Sequence record: SRR20825019_1535
Reading direction: 5' to 3' (one strand)
Length of the DNA: 64,000 nucleotides
Shown here in pieces: positions 10,322 through 20,486 of the stretch (position 1 is its first letter; every line of letters starts with the position of its first letter). Both the position numbers and the translations under genes were made by a program. The notes under the pieces are model-generated. The model ran no database searches, was not told the origin of the DNA, and worked only from the letters and a program-made list of their open reading frames with translations.

Positions 10322-10520
10322 TCACCATTTGGTCTCAGCAATTTGCAATTCTGGATGGCTGACCAAGGCATACCAAATTACACTCTAGAAGGTTTCTGTA
10401 ATCGTTGACCGTGTGATCCGCATTGCCGCCAACACCGAGAATAAATAATCACCCTCCGTCGTCGCGAACATTTTTCAGCGGTAGCGCCATTACCTCAATT
10501 TCTACTGTCTCAAGAGACAA
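10322..10520 (-). pseudogene. SIS-domain (GmhA-like) sugar isomerase remnant
   Basis: Minus-strand reading IEVMALPLKNVRDDGG*LFILGVGGNADHTVND, joined through an apparent large deletion to F*SVIWYALVSHPELQIAETKW*. Confidence 0.6.
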
Positions 10521-10694
10521 AGAACGCTTGTCCAGAAAGCTCAAAGAAACGCTGTATACCGTCCCCCTGACGGTCACTCTGAACATAATCTAGACCCGCA
10601 ACATAGCTTTTCGCAGGGCCGCTGAGGCAGTACAAGTTTCGCGTCCAGAGTCGCCAACAGGGACAAAAAATACTCCCTCTGATTATGAGGCCTC

Positions 10695-11744
10695 TTATCG
10701 CGAGACCAGCCGGTTCAGATAGCAGATTTGATCGTCGGTATAGGCACCCGGGTAGGTGTTATGAATCTGGTTTACGAGATCAGGCGCAGGCATACGGTCC
10801 ACTGGGTCCTTGATTGTAGGAAGCATCGTATAGAGCGCGGAGAAGAGCAGCCGTCGGTTGCTCTTCGGGTGTTGACCTTTATGAATGCTGCCGGTGTTGC
10901 CCAGAATGGCTGAACCTGCAGGGGCGGTCTTCACCGCTACACGATCCGCCCCGAAGAGTTCTTCGATTTCCGCGTCAGTCTTGCGCTGTTTTCCAAGAAT
11001 CTCGTTATAGCGCTTCAGAAGTTCCTGGTTTCCGGCTGCTTTTTGTGCCGCGTGGGCGTAGTTGGCGCCATAATTGCCGGTTGCCCGGACATAGACGTGC
11101 GGCCCCGAATCTTCGTCCACGTCCGTCAAGTAGATGAAGAGTTTGCAGAACCGGTAGCAATGCCGGTCAATGTGGAACAGCTCCGCATGCTCACCTTCGA
11201 CGCGGCCCGGGAATGACCACCACATGCTTGTGGCCATCAGACTTGGCATCACACCGAGAAGGCGCGCTGCGACGCCAACGACCCTTGGGTGATTAGCCAG
11301 CATGTGGAGGTGCGGCGCGGCCATGATGTCTTTGCGGTCATATCCTCCAACGCTGACATTCGGAGGAGGCGAATCCGGTGAGAACGGTTCCAGTGCCCGA
11401 TCCCAGAAATAGCGTACTTTCTTGTCCCGAAGGTATGCGAAGACATCATCACGTTGCTGCTTGTTCATCAGTTCGCCAAGATCGGCATACCCGTCCGTCT
11501 GCATGAGACGGCCCCACTCGTTGAGCTGCTCGAAATCCTCATCCGGAGGAGGAATCATCTTGAATTGCTGCAGCTGATTAAGGGAGTTAGCAACGATGCC
11601 GGCGAAGTTTCCGTAAGCTTTGAGGTCAATATTGTATCGCAGCCGCAGCATGAATTGGCGATACCAATCGATATTATCGAAGTCGAACAGGTCTGCGACC
11701 GGGGACTTGACTGGCTTGCTTTGAGATCCGCCTATAAAATTCAT
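10695..11744 (-). CDS. phytanoyl-CoA dioxygenase-like (2OG-Fe(II)) protein
   Basis: FHIDRH (HxD), KLFIYLTDVDEDSGPHVYV, GSIHKG...RRL. Confidence 0.7.
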   Translation of the reverse strand: MNFIGGSQSKPVKSPVADLFDFDNIDWYRQFMLRLRYNIDLKAYGNFAGIVANSLNQLQQFKMIPPPDEDFEQLNEWGRLMQTDGYADLGELMNKQQRDDVFAYLRDKKVRYFWDRALEPFSPDSPPPNVSVGGYDRKDIMAAPHLHMLANHPRVVGVAARLLGVMPSLMATSMWWSFPGRVEGEHAELFHIDRHCYRFCKLFIYLTDVDEDSGPHVYVRATGNYGANYAHAAQKAAGNQELLKRYNEILGKQRKTDAEIEELFGADRVAVKTAPAGSAILGNTGSIHKGQHPKSNRRLLFSALYTMLPTIKDPVDRMPAPDLVNQIHNTYPGAYTDDQICYLNRLVSR

Positions 11745-12054
11745 TGTCTGCTCTTTCCGAAGATCGCTGCGAAGTCCGAGGGGGCAAAAAACCAAGGCAG
11801 TGTGGCTTTACGAAAAGATTAGCCTTAATGGCAAATGGCTTGCCCATGTCATTTTGTTACATCTCGCTGCTGGCTTATGCCAGAGCCGTATTCAGACTAC
11901 TGACATATAGCTAGTTCTATGCGAATGACGGTAGTCGATCTAGATGATTTGCCATCACTGAGCATCGCAAGAACCAAGGCCCGAGAAAGATGCCAAATTC
12001 GCATTTCGTCCTCAAGGAGGCAATCCTTTTAAGCTGAAATCAGCTTAGAGCTCA

Positions 12055-12390
12055 GTGACTAAGTGCTCAAATATGATTTTAGGTGCACTCTTCATTCTAA
12101 AATTTCGCGAGGAATTCCGCCCGTTCGCTTCGGTAACGCTTGTGGAAGAGGCATCCACTCTGTTCGAGATGTCCAAACCTTCACCTTACATGACAAAGGC
12201 CTTCCCGGTGCGGGAAGGGAAGAAGGTGATCCTGGGGAGCGTCACCCACCTGAACGGAACGGCTCGGGGGCAGACGGTCTCAGCTAAGAGCAATCCAAGG
12301 TTTCGTGCTGTCATCAAGGCTTTTGCGAATGCAACGGGCGTTCTGTCCGCCATGAACACGAACTTTAATATCAAGAGACCGAAGCGCTAG
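12055..12390 (+). pseudogene. carbamoyltransferase (NodU/CmcH family) C-terminal fragment
   Basis: KFREEFRPFA, SPYM, VTHLNGTARGQTV, NTNFNI; N-terminal domain absent. Confidence 0.75.
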
Positions 12391-12926
12391 ATGCATTAAC
12401 GATTGCTGAAATACTCGCGTTACGACACAGATTGATAATGCTGCTGTTGATTTCAGCGTCGTGCACGCTGTTGCCCGATGCCATACGATCAAAGGCAAGG
12501 TGAATGGTTCTGTACTGACAAGTCGATGGTGGCGACTTTCCTGTTCGGGGCAGAAAGATCAGACCGACCGATTGTATCTTCGAAGCTAGTCCCTAGCGCG
12601 CAAGTACTGTCGTTGCTCTTCTGGAAAAAGCAAGAATACCAATGTTTTTTACATCAAATGCTTTGAATGCATATTTGCCGAGAAACGAGCCGGCACCGGT
12701 CAAAATAGCGGGTGTGCTCACAATGATAGCCCCGGAATAATATTCGTACTTCATCGTGTCAGGTATGAAGGCGGGAGCTTCATACGCGGCTGCTGGACAG
12801 AGCTGAATGATATAATAAAATCTGGTTCGATGTGTTGCCTTAATTAAAAAACCGTTCTTTCAGCAGCGCTTTTGTTTGTGTTGGGTTTTTGGAGCGTTTC
12901 TGCGCTGCAGGTAAGTTTCCAGAAGT

Positions 12927-14258
12927 TTATTTTACCGGTGAAAGAAGGAAGAGAGATGTTCCTATTTCCTTAAGTTTCATCTTCCCCTTTGGGGCAAGGC
13001 CACGGCCTATTTTCTGGAGGTCCTGGCTCATCGCCTGCAGGTTCTTGTTGAATTTGCGGACCTGCCAATTGAACATTTGGTGGTGTTTTATGTATTGGGG
13101 TTTTGGCTCCCAACGACCGTTGTCCAGCGTTTGCTCTGATGCGGCTTTCTCGATCTGTTCGAACAGGATCTGATTGATCAGTTTTCCGTCTTCCAGATAA
13201 AAATGGTCGGAGAAATCTTCTGGCTGGGTGAAATATTCACTCACGGAATCCTGCCCTGTCTCGACCAGTTTATCGACAACCGAAAATAGCTCGTTTTCCG
13301 TATCGATCAGCCGGCCGACGAGGTTCGGAGTATAGATGTCGAAAAACGGATTGCGGAACGGGGCGAAGGATACAGAAGGCTTGTTCAGGAAAGCGGCTTC
13401 AATGCCGGTCGTACAGGAGTTTTGGATCAGCAGACGGGATGCAAGAATCCAATCGACGACAGAACCCTCGAAGATTGCTTCCGCATTCGGAACCTTATTG
13501 TTGATCTCTTGCTCCCAGATAGCCTTATCTTCACCTGGGTGGGGGCGGACAATAATTTTGATGTCGGGGTGACGTTCTGCGAGTTTCGGGATCATGGCCA
13601 TGAATGCGTCCATGGTCGTTTTCTCGAACTCGTATCGGTCCTGAACCATCTTACGGTCCGATTCAATTTCCGGATCGTAAAAGCCGACAGTTTTCATGAT
13701 CTCTTCGAACTGTGCAGGGCCTCCCCAGTTTGAGTTGGCGTAGCCGAAATTCGTGTTGATCAGGATGAAGTCGCCATATTGGTTACGGAGTTCATCCACG
13801 CGGCTTTCACGGGCAAGCCGAAATCTGGCGCGCAGCAAATCGAAACGCGAGCTCCCCACCATCCGGAACATGTTGGCCGCTTCCGGAAATTTCTCGAGTA
13901 GGGCCCTATGGTGATTTGGGCCTTGTGTGAAGAAATAGCTTATGGCCTTGAAGCTGTCTGGGTCGATATTTCGCTGCAGGATCGAATGTGCGGCAACCGG
14001 TGTCGCTTCTTCATCGCATGCGGTAACCAGATGCCCACGCCGCGCGCATTCCTTCATCCAGTTTCCCTGAACCCGGTTTGCGCCTTTGAAGAGGAAGACA
14101 CCGGGCGGCATATGTGCCGCGTTGTTGGTCAGTAACCACTGTTGTCCGAAGACAACCTCCCATCCTGCTTCGACGGCATGAAGCGCGAGCAGGAGGCGGG
14201 CATCGAGATCGCGTACCGCTTCCTCAATTGGGAGATATAGAATCTTTGAGATTTGCAC
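12927..14258 (-). CDS. surface carbohydrate biosynthesis protein
   Basis: YLPIEEAVRDLDARLLLA, DEE, RFDLL, ILINTNF, IIVRPHPGE, NSCTTGIEA. Confidence 0.75.
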   Translation of the reverse strand: MQISKILYLPIEEAVRDLDARLLLALHAVEAGWEVVFGQQWLLTNNAAHMPPGVFLFKGANRVQGNWMKECARRGHLVTACDEEATPVAAHSILQRNIDPDSFKAISYFFTQGPNHHRALLEKFPEAANMFRMVGSSRFDLLRARFRLARESRVDELRNQYGDFILINTNFGYANSNWGGPAQFEEIMKTVGFYDPEIESDRKMVQDRYEFEKTTMDAFMAMIPKLAERHPDIKIIVRPHPGEDKAIWEQEINNKVPNAEAIFEGSVVDWILASRLLIQNSCTTGIEAAFLNKPSVSFAPFRNPFFDIYTPNLVGRLIDTENELFSVVDKLVETGQDSVSEYFTQPEDFSDHFYLEDGKLINQILFEQIEKAASEQTLDNGRWEPKPQYIKHHQMFNWQVRKFNKNLQAMSQDLQKIGRGLAPKGKMKLKEIGTSLFLLSPVK

Positions 14259-14395
14259 GATCGTGGCTGTCTTCTATTTGTGGACTTTATCGGAGCTTAG
14301 CGAGTAACAGAATCGCCAATTCCGGTAAAGAGCGCCGCATTCACAGCATTTGGTGAGTGGTACAGCTGGAAGTGAGTAAAGGAATTTTGTCTGCG

Positions 14396-15286
14396 ATGCC
14401 TTCTCCATCCGATCTTGCCCCAGGGCACTTGTTTTGCTTCGGCCTTGGTTATACCTGCCGCCGATTGGCGCAGCGGCTTCTGAAACAGGGATGGCGTGTT
14501 TCGGGAACCACCCGTTCCCAAGAGGCAGTTTCTATCCTCAGGCAGGACGGTATTGGAGCTTGGCTTTTTGGCAGCAGCGCCGGAGACACACTGGACAAGG
14601 CGGCTTTTTCTAATGTGACGCATGTCATTGCCTCCGTTCCTCCAGGGGAGGCAGGTGATCCTGCCTTGACTAAACAGCCTGACTGGACTTCGTCTGCACC
14701 GTTGCTTCGTTGGGTTGCTTACCTCTCCACACCTGCCGTGTATGGGGATCGTGGCGGCGCTTTCGTGCATGAGGATGACGACCCAAATCCCGGCTCTGCG
14801 CGCGGCGCTCGCCGTCTTGCGGCGGAACGGGCCTGGGTCTCTGCTTTCGACAATACGGACGTCTCTGTTCAGGTCTTCCGGCTCTCCGGGATCTACGGGC
14901 CGGGCCGAAGTGCGATAGACCAGTTGCGCAGCGGTAAGGCGCGGATCATCGACAAGCCTGGGCAGGTCTTCAACCGTATCCATGTCGACGATATCGGAAC
15001 CATCCTGATGGCTTCGATGCAGCGGCCGCATCACGGCCGTATCTATAATGTCGCGGATGATGAAGCCTGTCCCAGTGGGGATGTCATTCGCTATGCGGCG
15101 GGGCTCCTCGGGATGGATCCACCGGAGCCTATTCCTTTCGACAGCGCGGAGCTGTCTCCGATGGCGCGCTCGTTTTATTCCGAGTGTAAAAGGCTCGATA
15201 CCGCGCGGATCAAGTCCGAGCTTGGTGTCGAGCTGGCATACCCCACCTACCGGGAAGGGCTGCGCAGCATTCTTGACGATGGCTGA
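14396..15286 (+). CDS. atypical SDR oxidoreductase (YeeZ-like)
   Basis: FCFGLGYT, YLSTPAVYGD, RLSGIYGPGR, FNRIHVDDI, YPTYREGL. Confidence 0.85.
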   Translation: MPSPSDLAPGHLFCFGLGYTCRRLAQRLLKQGWRVSGTTRSQEAVSILRQDGIGAWLFGSSAGDTLDKAAFSNVTHVIASVPPGEAGDPALTKQPDWTSSAPLLRWVAYLSTPAVYGDRGGAFVHEDDDPNPGSARGARRLAAERAWVSAFDNTDVSVQVFRLSGIYGPGRSAIDQLRSGKARIIDKPGQVFNRIHVDDIGTILMASMQRPHHGRIYNVADDEACPSGDVIRYAAGLLGMDPPEPIPFDSAELSPMARSFYSECKRLDTARIKSELGVELAYPTYREGLRSILDDG

Positions 15287-15335
15287 ACTGCCGCGTAGAG
15301 CGAACGGGCAAGTTCGCGCGTAAGGAAATCGCACT

Positions 15336-15989
15336 GTGTCACGAGCTCCGGTCCATATTGTCGGCTGCGGGGGTCACGCCAAGGTCATCGCTGCGATGGT
15401 GGAGGCGGGAAACCGGCTCGATATTGTCTCCTTCATTGACCGGAACCCGGCTGATGGGGCGTCTTTCCTCGGCAAGCCGGTATGCGATGAGAGGACGTTC
15501 CTCGACGGTCGCTGCGGGGAAGCCGTTATCATTGCTCTTGGCGAAGGTGTGCGCCGCCGGGACGCTGCGGCCTGCTACAAGGCGGCCGGTTTCTCCGACT
15601 TTCCAGCCGTCGTGGCGTCCTCCGCCGAGGTGGCCGATGGGGTTGTGATCGGAGAAGGCAGTGTTTTGATGCCTGGGGTCATCGTGAATCCCAGCGCGGA
15701 AATTGGTGCTTTCTGCATCCTCAACACGGGTGCGATCCTTGAGCATGACTGCGTGCTTGGTGATTATGCGGCGCTCGCTCCGGGCGCGACGGTAGGCGGC
15801 GATTGCCGGATCGGACCTGGCGCTTATATCGGGATCGGTGCCGCCGTGTCCCATGGCCGCACGATCGGATCGAATGCCGTTATCGGTGGCGGGTCTTTTC
15901 TGGCAGCCGACGCCGGCGCCGACGAATTATGGGGTGGTGTCCCCGCGATCTTGATCCGCAAGCGCGCACCGGGCGCGACGGTGCTGTGA
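15336..15989 (+). CDS. NeuD/PglD-like hexapeptide-repeat acetyltransferase
   Basis: IVGCGGHAKV, ILNTGAILEHDC, left-handed beta-helix repeats, GVPA. Confidence 0.85.
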   Translation: MSRAPVHIVGCGGHAKVIAAMVEAGNRLDIVSFIDRNPADGASFLGKPVCDERTFLDGRCGEAVIIALGEGVRRRDAAACYKAAGFSDFPAVVASSAEVADGVVIGEGSVLMPGVIVNPSAEIGAFCILNTGAILEHDCVLGDYAALAPGATVGGDCRIGPGAYIGIGAAVSHGRTIGSNAVIGGGSFLAADAGADELWGGVPAILIRKRAPGATVL

Positions 15990-15995
15990 GGATAC

Positions 15996-17024
15996 ATGCA
16001 GGATAAATCAGAAGCGGGCCGGGTCTTCGTGATTGCCGAGGCCGGGGTTAATCACAACGGCGACCTCACCCTGGCGCGCCGTCTGGTGGAAACCGCTGCA
16101 GAAGCCGGGGCGGATGCGGTCAAGTTTCAGACATTCTCGCTCGATTCCATTGTCGCGGCAGCGGCACCCATGGCCGACTACCAGAAAATCAACACCGGCG
16201 CGTCAGGCTCCCAGAAAGACATGCTGGCGGGGCTCGAGCTGCCGCTGGAAGCCTTCAGTGAGTTGGCTGCGTATTCCGCCTCGCTTGGGATCGAATTCAT
16301 GTCGACGGCCTTTGATCCGGTCAGCCTCGATCATCTTTTGTCCCTGAAGGTGGGCCGCCTGAAAATCCCGTCGGGCGAGATCACCAATCCCGAACTGGTT
16401 CAGGCGATCGGCCGGGCGGGACTGCCGGTGATCATGTCGTCCGGCATGGCCAATCTCGGGGAGATCGAACAGGCACTTGGCTGGCTGGCTGAGAGTGGCG
16501 CGGGCGATATCAGCCTGCTGCATTGCGTCAGCGATTATCCAGCCGACCCGTCGGATGCCAATCTGGCGGCTATGGACACGCTCCGGACAGCCTTCGGCTT
16601 TCCCGTGGGCTGGTCGGACCATACGCTCGGCGATACCGTAACCATCGCTGCCGTGGCGCGCGGTGCGACGATTATCGAGAAGCATTTCACGCTGGATAAG
16701 AGCCTTCCGGGGCCGGACCACAAGGCATCGCTCGATCCGTCCGAGCTGAAGCGGATGGTCGATAATATCCGGATCACCGAGGCGGCTATTGGCACTGGCC
16801 GCAAGCAGCCGACGGAAGCTGAGCGCAAGGTGGCGCTGGTTGCCCGCCGCAGCATTGCCGCCCGCTCCGATATTGCCGAAGGGGCCGAAATCACGGCGGC
16901 CGACCTGACATATCTGCGGCCGGGGGACGGTATCGCGCCGTCGCGGGCGGATATGGTCATCGGCCGGCGTGCCGTGCGGGTAATTCCGGCGGGCACGCTT
17001 TTGAGCCTTGCTGATATCGGCTGA
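15996..17024 (+). CDS. neuB: N-acetylneuraminate/nonulosonate synthase
   Basis: IAEAGVNHNGD, ADAVKFQTF, KIPSGEITN, SDHT, IEKHFTLD, GPDHKAS, C-terminal SAF domain. Confidence 0.92.
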   Translation: MQDKSEAGRVFVIAEAGVNHNGDLTLARRLVETAAEAGADAVKFQTFSLDSIVAAAAPMADYQKINTGASGSQKDMLAGLELPLEAFSELAAYSASLGIEFMSTAFDPVSLDHLLSLKVGRLKIPSGEITNPELVQAIGRAGLPVIMSSGMANLGEIEQALGWLAESGAGDISLLHCVSDYPADPSDANLAAMDTLRTAFGFPVGWSDHTLGDTVTIAAVARGATIIEKHFTLDKSLPGPDHKASLDPSELKRMVDNIRITEAAIGTGRKQPTEAERKVALVARRSIAARSDIAEGAEITAADLTYLRPGDGIAPSRADMVIGRRAVRVIPAGTLLSLADIG

Positions 17025-17072
17025 CGCAAAAGTGCCTTGCCGCGGAGCCCCTTCCGCCCCATTTACCCGCGC

Positions 17073-18290
17073 ATGAAAACACTCACCGACCGCCCCGCGG
17101 CTCTGCCGTCGATCCTTAGCGCAGAGGATGTGCAGACAGCCCGCGAAATTGCGGACTGGCTGCTGCAGGTCTCCCGAGAGGGGCGTGATCTTGGGCAGCT
17201 CTGGGACGAGTTCTGCCGCCGCCTGGCTCTCGAGGGCGTGCCGGTCGAGCGCGGGACAGCCATCCTTATGGTGCTGCACGCGATCAAGGAAGGCGTGCTT
17301 TGCGAATGGCGGATGGGGCAGGGCGTTGAGGTCGAGCCATGGCATCATGCGCCGGGCAATGCACGGATCTATCAGGAAAGCCCGCTCCGTCTGGTGCATG
17401 AAACCGGAAGCTGGCTGCATCGCGCCATCGACGGTGAAAGCGCGGCGGAATTTCCGATTCTGGCCGACCTGAAGGCACTGGGTTACTCGGACTATATCTG
17501 TGTGCCGATCATCTTCGCCAATGGCATGCAGAATGCCCTGACTTTCGCCAGCCGGGAGCCACAAGGCTTTTCCGAGCGTGATATCGCTCTGCTTCAGCAG
17601 ATCATGCCGACGGCCAAGATCGTGCTGGAGCTGATGTCCGTTTATCGCAGCATGGACGATGTGCTCGCCATGTATGTCGGACGCGAGCCCGGAGGCCGTA
17701 TTCTCGCGGGCGAAGTACGGCGCGGTGTGGTCAACAAGATGGAGGCGGCGATCCTGGTCGCCGATATGCGCGATTTCACGCTGCTGTCCGACCGGCTGGG
17801 CGACAAGCAGACGGTGGAGCTGCTGGATGCCTATTACGACTGCATCATTCCACCGATTCTTGAGCATGGCGGCGAAGTGCTGAAATTCACCGGCGACGGG
17901 ATTCTGGCGATCTTCCAGGACGGCTCCGGGATCGGGGAGTGCCAGCTTTGCCGGGGCGGTGCGCTTGAGGCCGCGATAGAAGGTCAGGCCTGCCTCGAGG
18001 CGCTGGACACGTCACAATGGGGCACGGATGTCGAGGTGAAGGCGGGCATTGCCCTGCATCACGGCAAGGTCGCCTTCGGCAATGTCGGTTCCGGCGAACG
18101 GTTGGACTTCACCGTGATCGGCAAGGACGTGAACCTCGCCGCCCGGCTCGGCGCCAAGTGCCGCACCCTGCACGAGCCGATCCTGATGTCGAAGACCTTC
18201 GCCGACTGCCTGCCGGTTCCTGTCCGCAAACTTGGCGATTTCAGCCTGCGCGGTCTGCCCGGCACGCAGGATGTCTATATCCCGGCGTAA
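17073..18290 (+). CDS. adenylate/guanylate cyclase (class III) with N-terminal GAF-like region
   Basis: ADMRDFT, KFTGDGILA, GNVGSGERLDFTVIGKDVNLAARL. Confidence 0.9.
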   Translation: MKTLTDRPAALPSILSAEDVQTAREIADWLLQVSREGRDLGQLWDEFCRRLALEGVPVERGTAILMVLHAIKEGVLCEWRMGQGVEVEPWHHAPGNARIYQESPLRLVHETGSWLHRAIDGESAAEFPILADLKALGYSDYICVPIIFANGMQNALTFASREPQGFSERDIALLQQIMPTAKIVLELMSVYRSMDDVLAMYVGREPGGRILAGEVRRGVVNKMEAAILVADMRDFTLLSDRLGDKQTVELLDAYYDCIIPPILEHGGEVLKFTGDGILAIFQDGSGIGECQLCRGGALEAAIEGQACLEALDTSQWGTDVEVKAGIALHHGKVAFGNVGSGERLDFTVIGKDVNLAARLGAKCRTLHEPILMSKTFADCLPVPVRKLGDFSLRGLPGTQDVYIPA

Positions 18291-18499
18291 GCTCACATAT
18301 CCCGAGCGTGAAGACGCAGGTTGCCCCCGGTGCTGCCACTTCCTATAGACTGAAGGGGATGGCTGGTCCCGGCAAGGGATCGCTGGCGCGTGAAGAGGAT
18401 CGCCCAATTGTCCCCGAGCCGTGTTTTCCCGACACCTGGTCTCAAAACCGTACCGGTGATGCTTGCGGAGCCGGCTGTATAGTGTCGATGCGTGACGAT

Positions 18500-19771
18500 A
18501 TGGGGCAAAGCACCAGAACCGCCGCGGTTGTCGGCGGCGGAATCACCGGGTGTGCGACCGCTCTCGAACTGACCCGTCTCGGTTTCCAGGTCACGCTTTA
18601 TGAGGCCAAACCGCTGCTTGGCGGTATTCTGCGGGACCTTGAGAGTGACGGACGCTGGTATTTCAACGGCTGCCAGTATCTGCGCACGGAACAGGCGTGG
18701 CACAAGGCTTTGCCGGACGCGCTGCAGGATAATCTCTACAGGTTCGACCATTATTACGGCGCCTACACCGATCTCGGTTTCGGTCCTGTCTCGCATGAGG
18801 ATTTCGAGGCGCCGGTCTTCGATGCTCCACCCGATGGTATGGCCGATTCTGATACCTACCGAGTATGTGCCAGTCTGGCGGACCGGATGCGCTGCTATCC
18901 ACCGGCCATTGGTGAGGCCGTGCTTGGATGGCTCAGGCATCTCGGAGCCGACCCGGAAGTGATAGATGCGGGAAATGCTTACAACGTGCAGCTTGGCCGT
19001 CTCTACCTGCGTGGTGGCGATAAAGAGATCGAGGCCCTCAAGACCGGCTCGCCCGTTGCGGATGATCTGCTCGGCTTGCCGCGCACGGTCCGGGGCGAGG
19101 GGCGCCCGATCGGCAGCCTGCCGGTTGATGGTTACAACGCCTTTTTTGACGTGTTCGAAAACATCCTGACCGAGGCTGGTGTCGCTATTCGCACAGGTCA
19201 GCCAATCGTGCCGCGGTTCGAGAATGATGCTGCCATTCTAAAGCTGCGCGGCGAGACCTTGCGGCCGGATCTGATCGTCTGGGCAGCCAACCCGACCCCT
19301 GTGATCGCCGCCGCCGGGCTGGGGCGTCTGGATGATCCCTTCGTGGATATTACCGTGAGTGCGGGCAGCATCTCCGGCCCAGGGCTTCCAGCCGATCCCC
19401 ACTATATGCAGGTCTACAGCACTGGCAGCCCGGTCACGCGGATTTTCAGCTATCCGCGTGAGGGTGGGCACTGCGTCACGGTGGAGCATATGCCGGACGG
19501 AAGGAGCCTGCCGGAGCTTCAGGCGCATGTGCAGGAGATCTGCCGCTCCTTCTATGGCGATGTCCGGATCGAGATCGCGGTTCAGCAGGCACAGCGGCGC
19601 CATATCTTCTTTTCACCGGCGGACCGCGCCCGGTTCGACGCATTCCGCGATCTCTGCGAGACCCGCTATGTCAATTTCGTCGACGGCGCGTGGGAGAGCT
19701 ACGCCCGCGATCCGAAGATCAATCGGATCGCATCGACCCTGCGGGCACGGCTGCCTCTGCTGCCTTCCTAG
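18500..19771 (+). CDS. FAD/NAD(P)-dependent oxidoreductase
   Basis: AVVGGGITG...VTLYEAKPLLGG Rossmann motif; start trimmed from the long ORF. Confidence 0.75.
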   Translation: MGQSTRTAAVVGGGITGCATALELTRLGFQVTLYEAKPLLGGILRDLESDGRWYFNGCQYLRTEQAWHKALPDALQDNLYRFDHYYGAYTDLGFGPVSHEDFEAPVFDAPPDGMADSDTYRVCASLADRMRCYPPAIGEAVLGWLRHLGADPEVIDAGNAYNVQLGRLYLRGGDKEIEALKTGSPVADDLLGLPRTVRGEGRPIGSLPVDGYNAFFDVFENILTEAGVAIRTGQPIVPRFENDAAILKLRGETLRPDLIVWAANPTPVIAAAGLGRLDDPFVDITVSAGSISGPGLPADPHYMQVYSTGSPVTRIFSYPREGGHCVTVEHMPDGRSLPELQAHVQEICRSFYGDVRIEIAVQQAQRRHIFFSPADRARFDAFRDLCETRYVNFVDGAWESYARDPKINRIASTLRARLPLLPS

Positions 19772-19785
19772 AACTCGATCCGGGT

Positions 19786-20436
19786 TTAAAACTCGATCCC
19801 TGCTTGGGCCTTGAAGCCCTGACGGAACGGATGCTTGATCTGGGTCATCTCGGTGACCAGATGGGCGGCCTCGATCAGCTCTTCCTTGGCGTTCCGGCCG
19901 GTGACGATGACATGCAGGTCCGGGCGCTTGTTCTTCAGGGTCTCGACGACCTCTTCCAGAGGCAGGTAATCGTAGCGCAGGACGATGTTCAGCTCGTCCA
20001 TCAGCACCATGTCGATGTCCGGGTCCGCCATCAGTTCCTTCGCCTGCTCCCAGGCGGCGCGGGCGGCGGCGATGTCGCGGTTCAGGTCCTGGGTGTCCCA
20101 GGTGAAGCCTTCCCCCATGGTGCGGATGGAGATCTGATCGGCGAAGGCTTCCAGCACTTTGCGCTCACCGGTCTCCCATTTGCCTTTGACGAACTGCACG
20201 ACGCCGACATTCATGTCGTGGCCGAGGGCCCGGCAGACCATGCCGAAGGCGGCTGTGCTCTTGCCCTTGCCCTTGCCGGTATGGACGATCAGCAGGCCGC
20301 CGGTTTCGGTCTTGGTGGCCATGATCTTGTTCCGGGCGGCCTTTTTCTTCGCCATCTTCTCGGCGTGACGGGCGGCCTTTTCCGGATCTATTCCAGCTTC
20401 CGGCTCGCTGCCGGTCTCGATATTCTCGTCGCTCAT
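19786..20436 (-). CDS. cobO: cob(I)yrinic acid a,c-diamide adenosyltransferase
   Basis: HTGKGKGKSTAAFG, GEGFTW, MDELN, TGRNA, KHPF...GIEF. Confidence 0.95.
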   Translation of the reverse strand: MSDENIETGSEPEAGIDPEKAARHAEKMAKKKAARNKIMATKTETGGLLIVHTGKGKGKSTAAFGMVCRALGHDMNVGVVQFVKGKWETGERKVLEAFADQISIRTMGEGFTWDTQDLNRDIAAARAAWEQAKELMADPDIDMVLMDELNIVLRYDYLPLEEVVETLKNKRPDLHVIVTGRNAKEELIEAAHLVTEMTQIKHPFRQGFKAQAGIEF

Positions 20437-20486
20437 GTTCTCGCTCCCTCTCGCCGTCCATCATGGCACCCGGCAACCCGCGTGGG

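Noticed and set aside
16203-17867. Long antisense/shadow ORFs (e.g. 16203-17867, 5999-7318, 32611-34020, 20601-21749, 43872-45077)
   Set aside because: They overlap well-supported genes on the opposite strand and are expected in high-GC DNA; no motifs.
18017-18499. N-terminal extension of the oxidoreductase ORF (similarly for pheA, Lit, Gfo/Idh/MocA and the hydro-lyase beta subunit)
   Set aside because: The extensions overlap upstream genes or lack family features; downstream starts fit the motif positions and, for several, an RBS.
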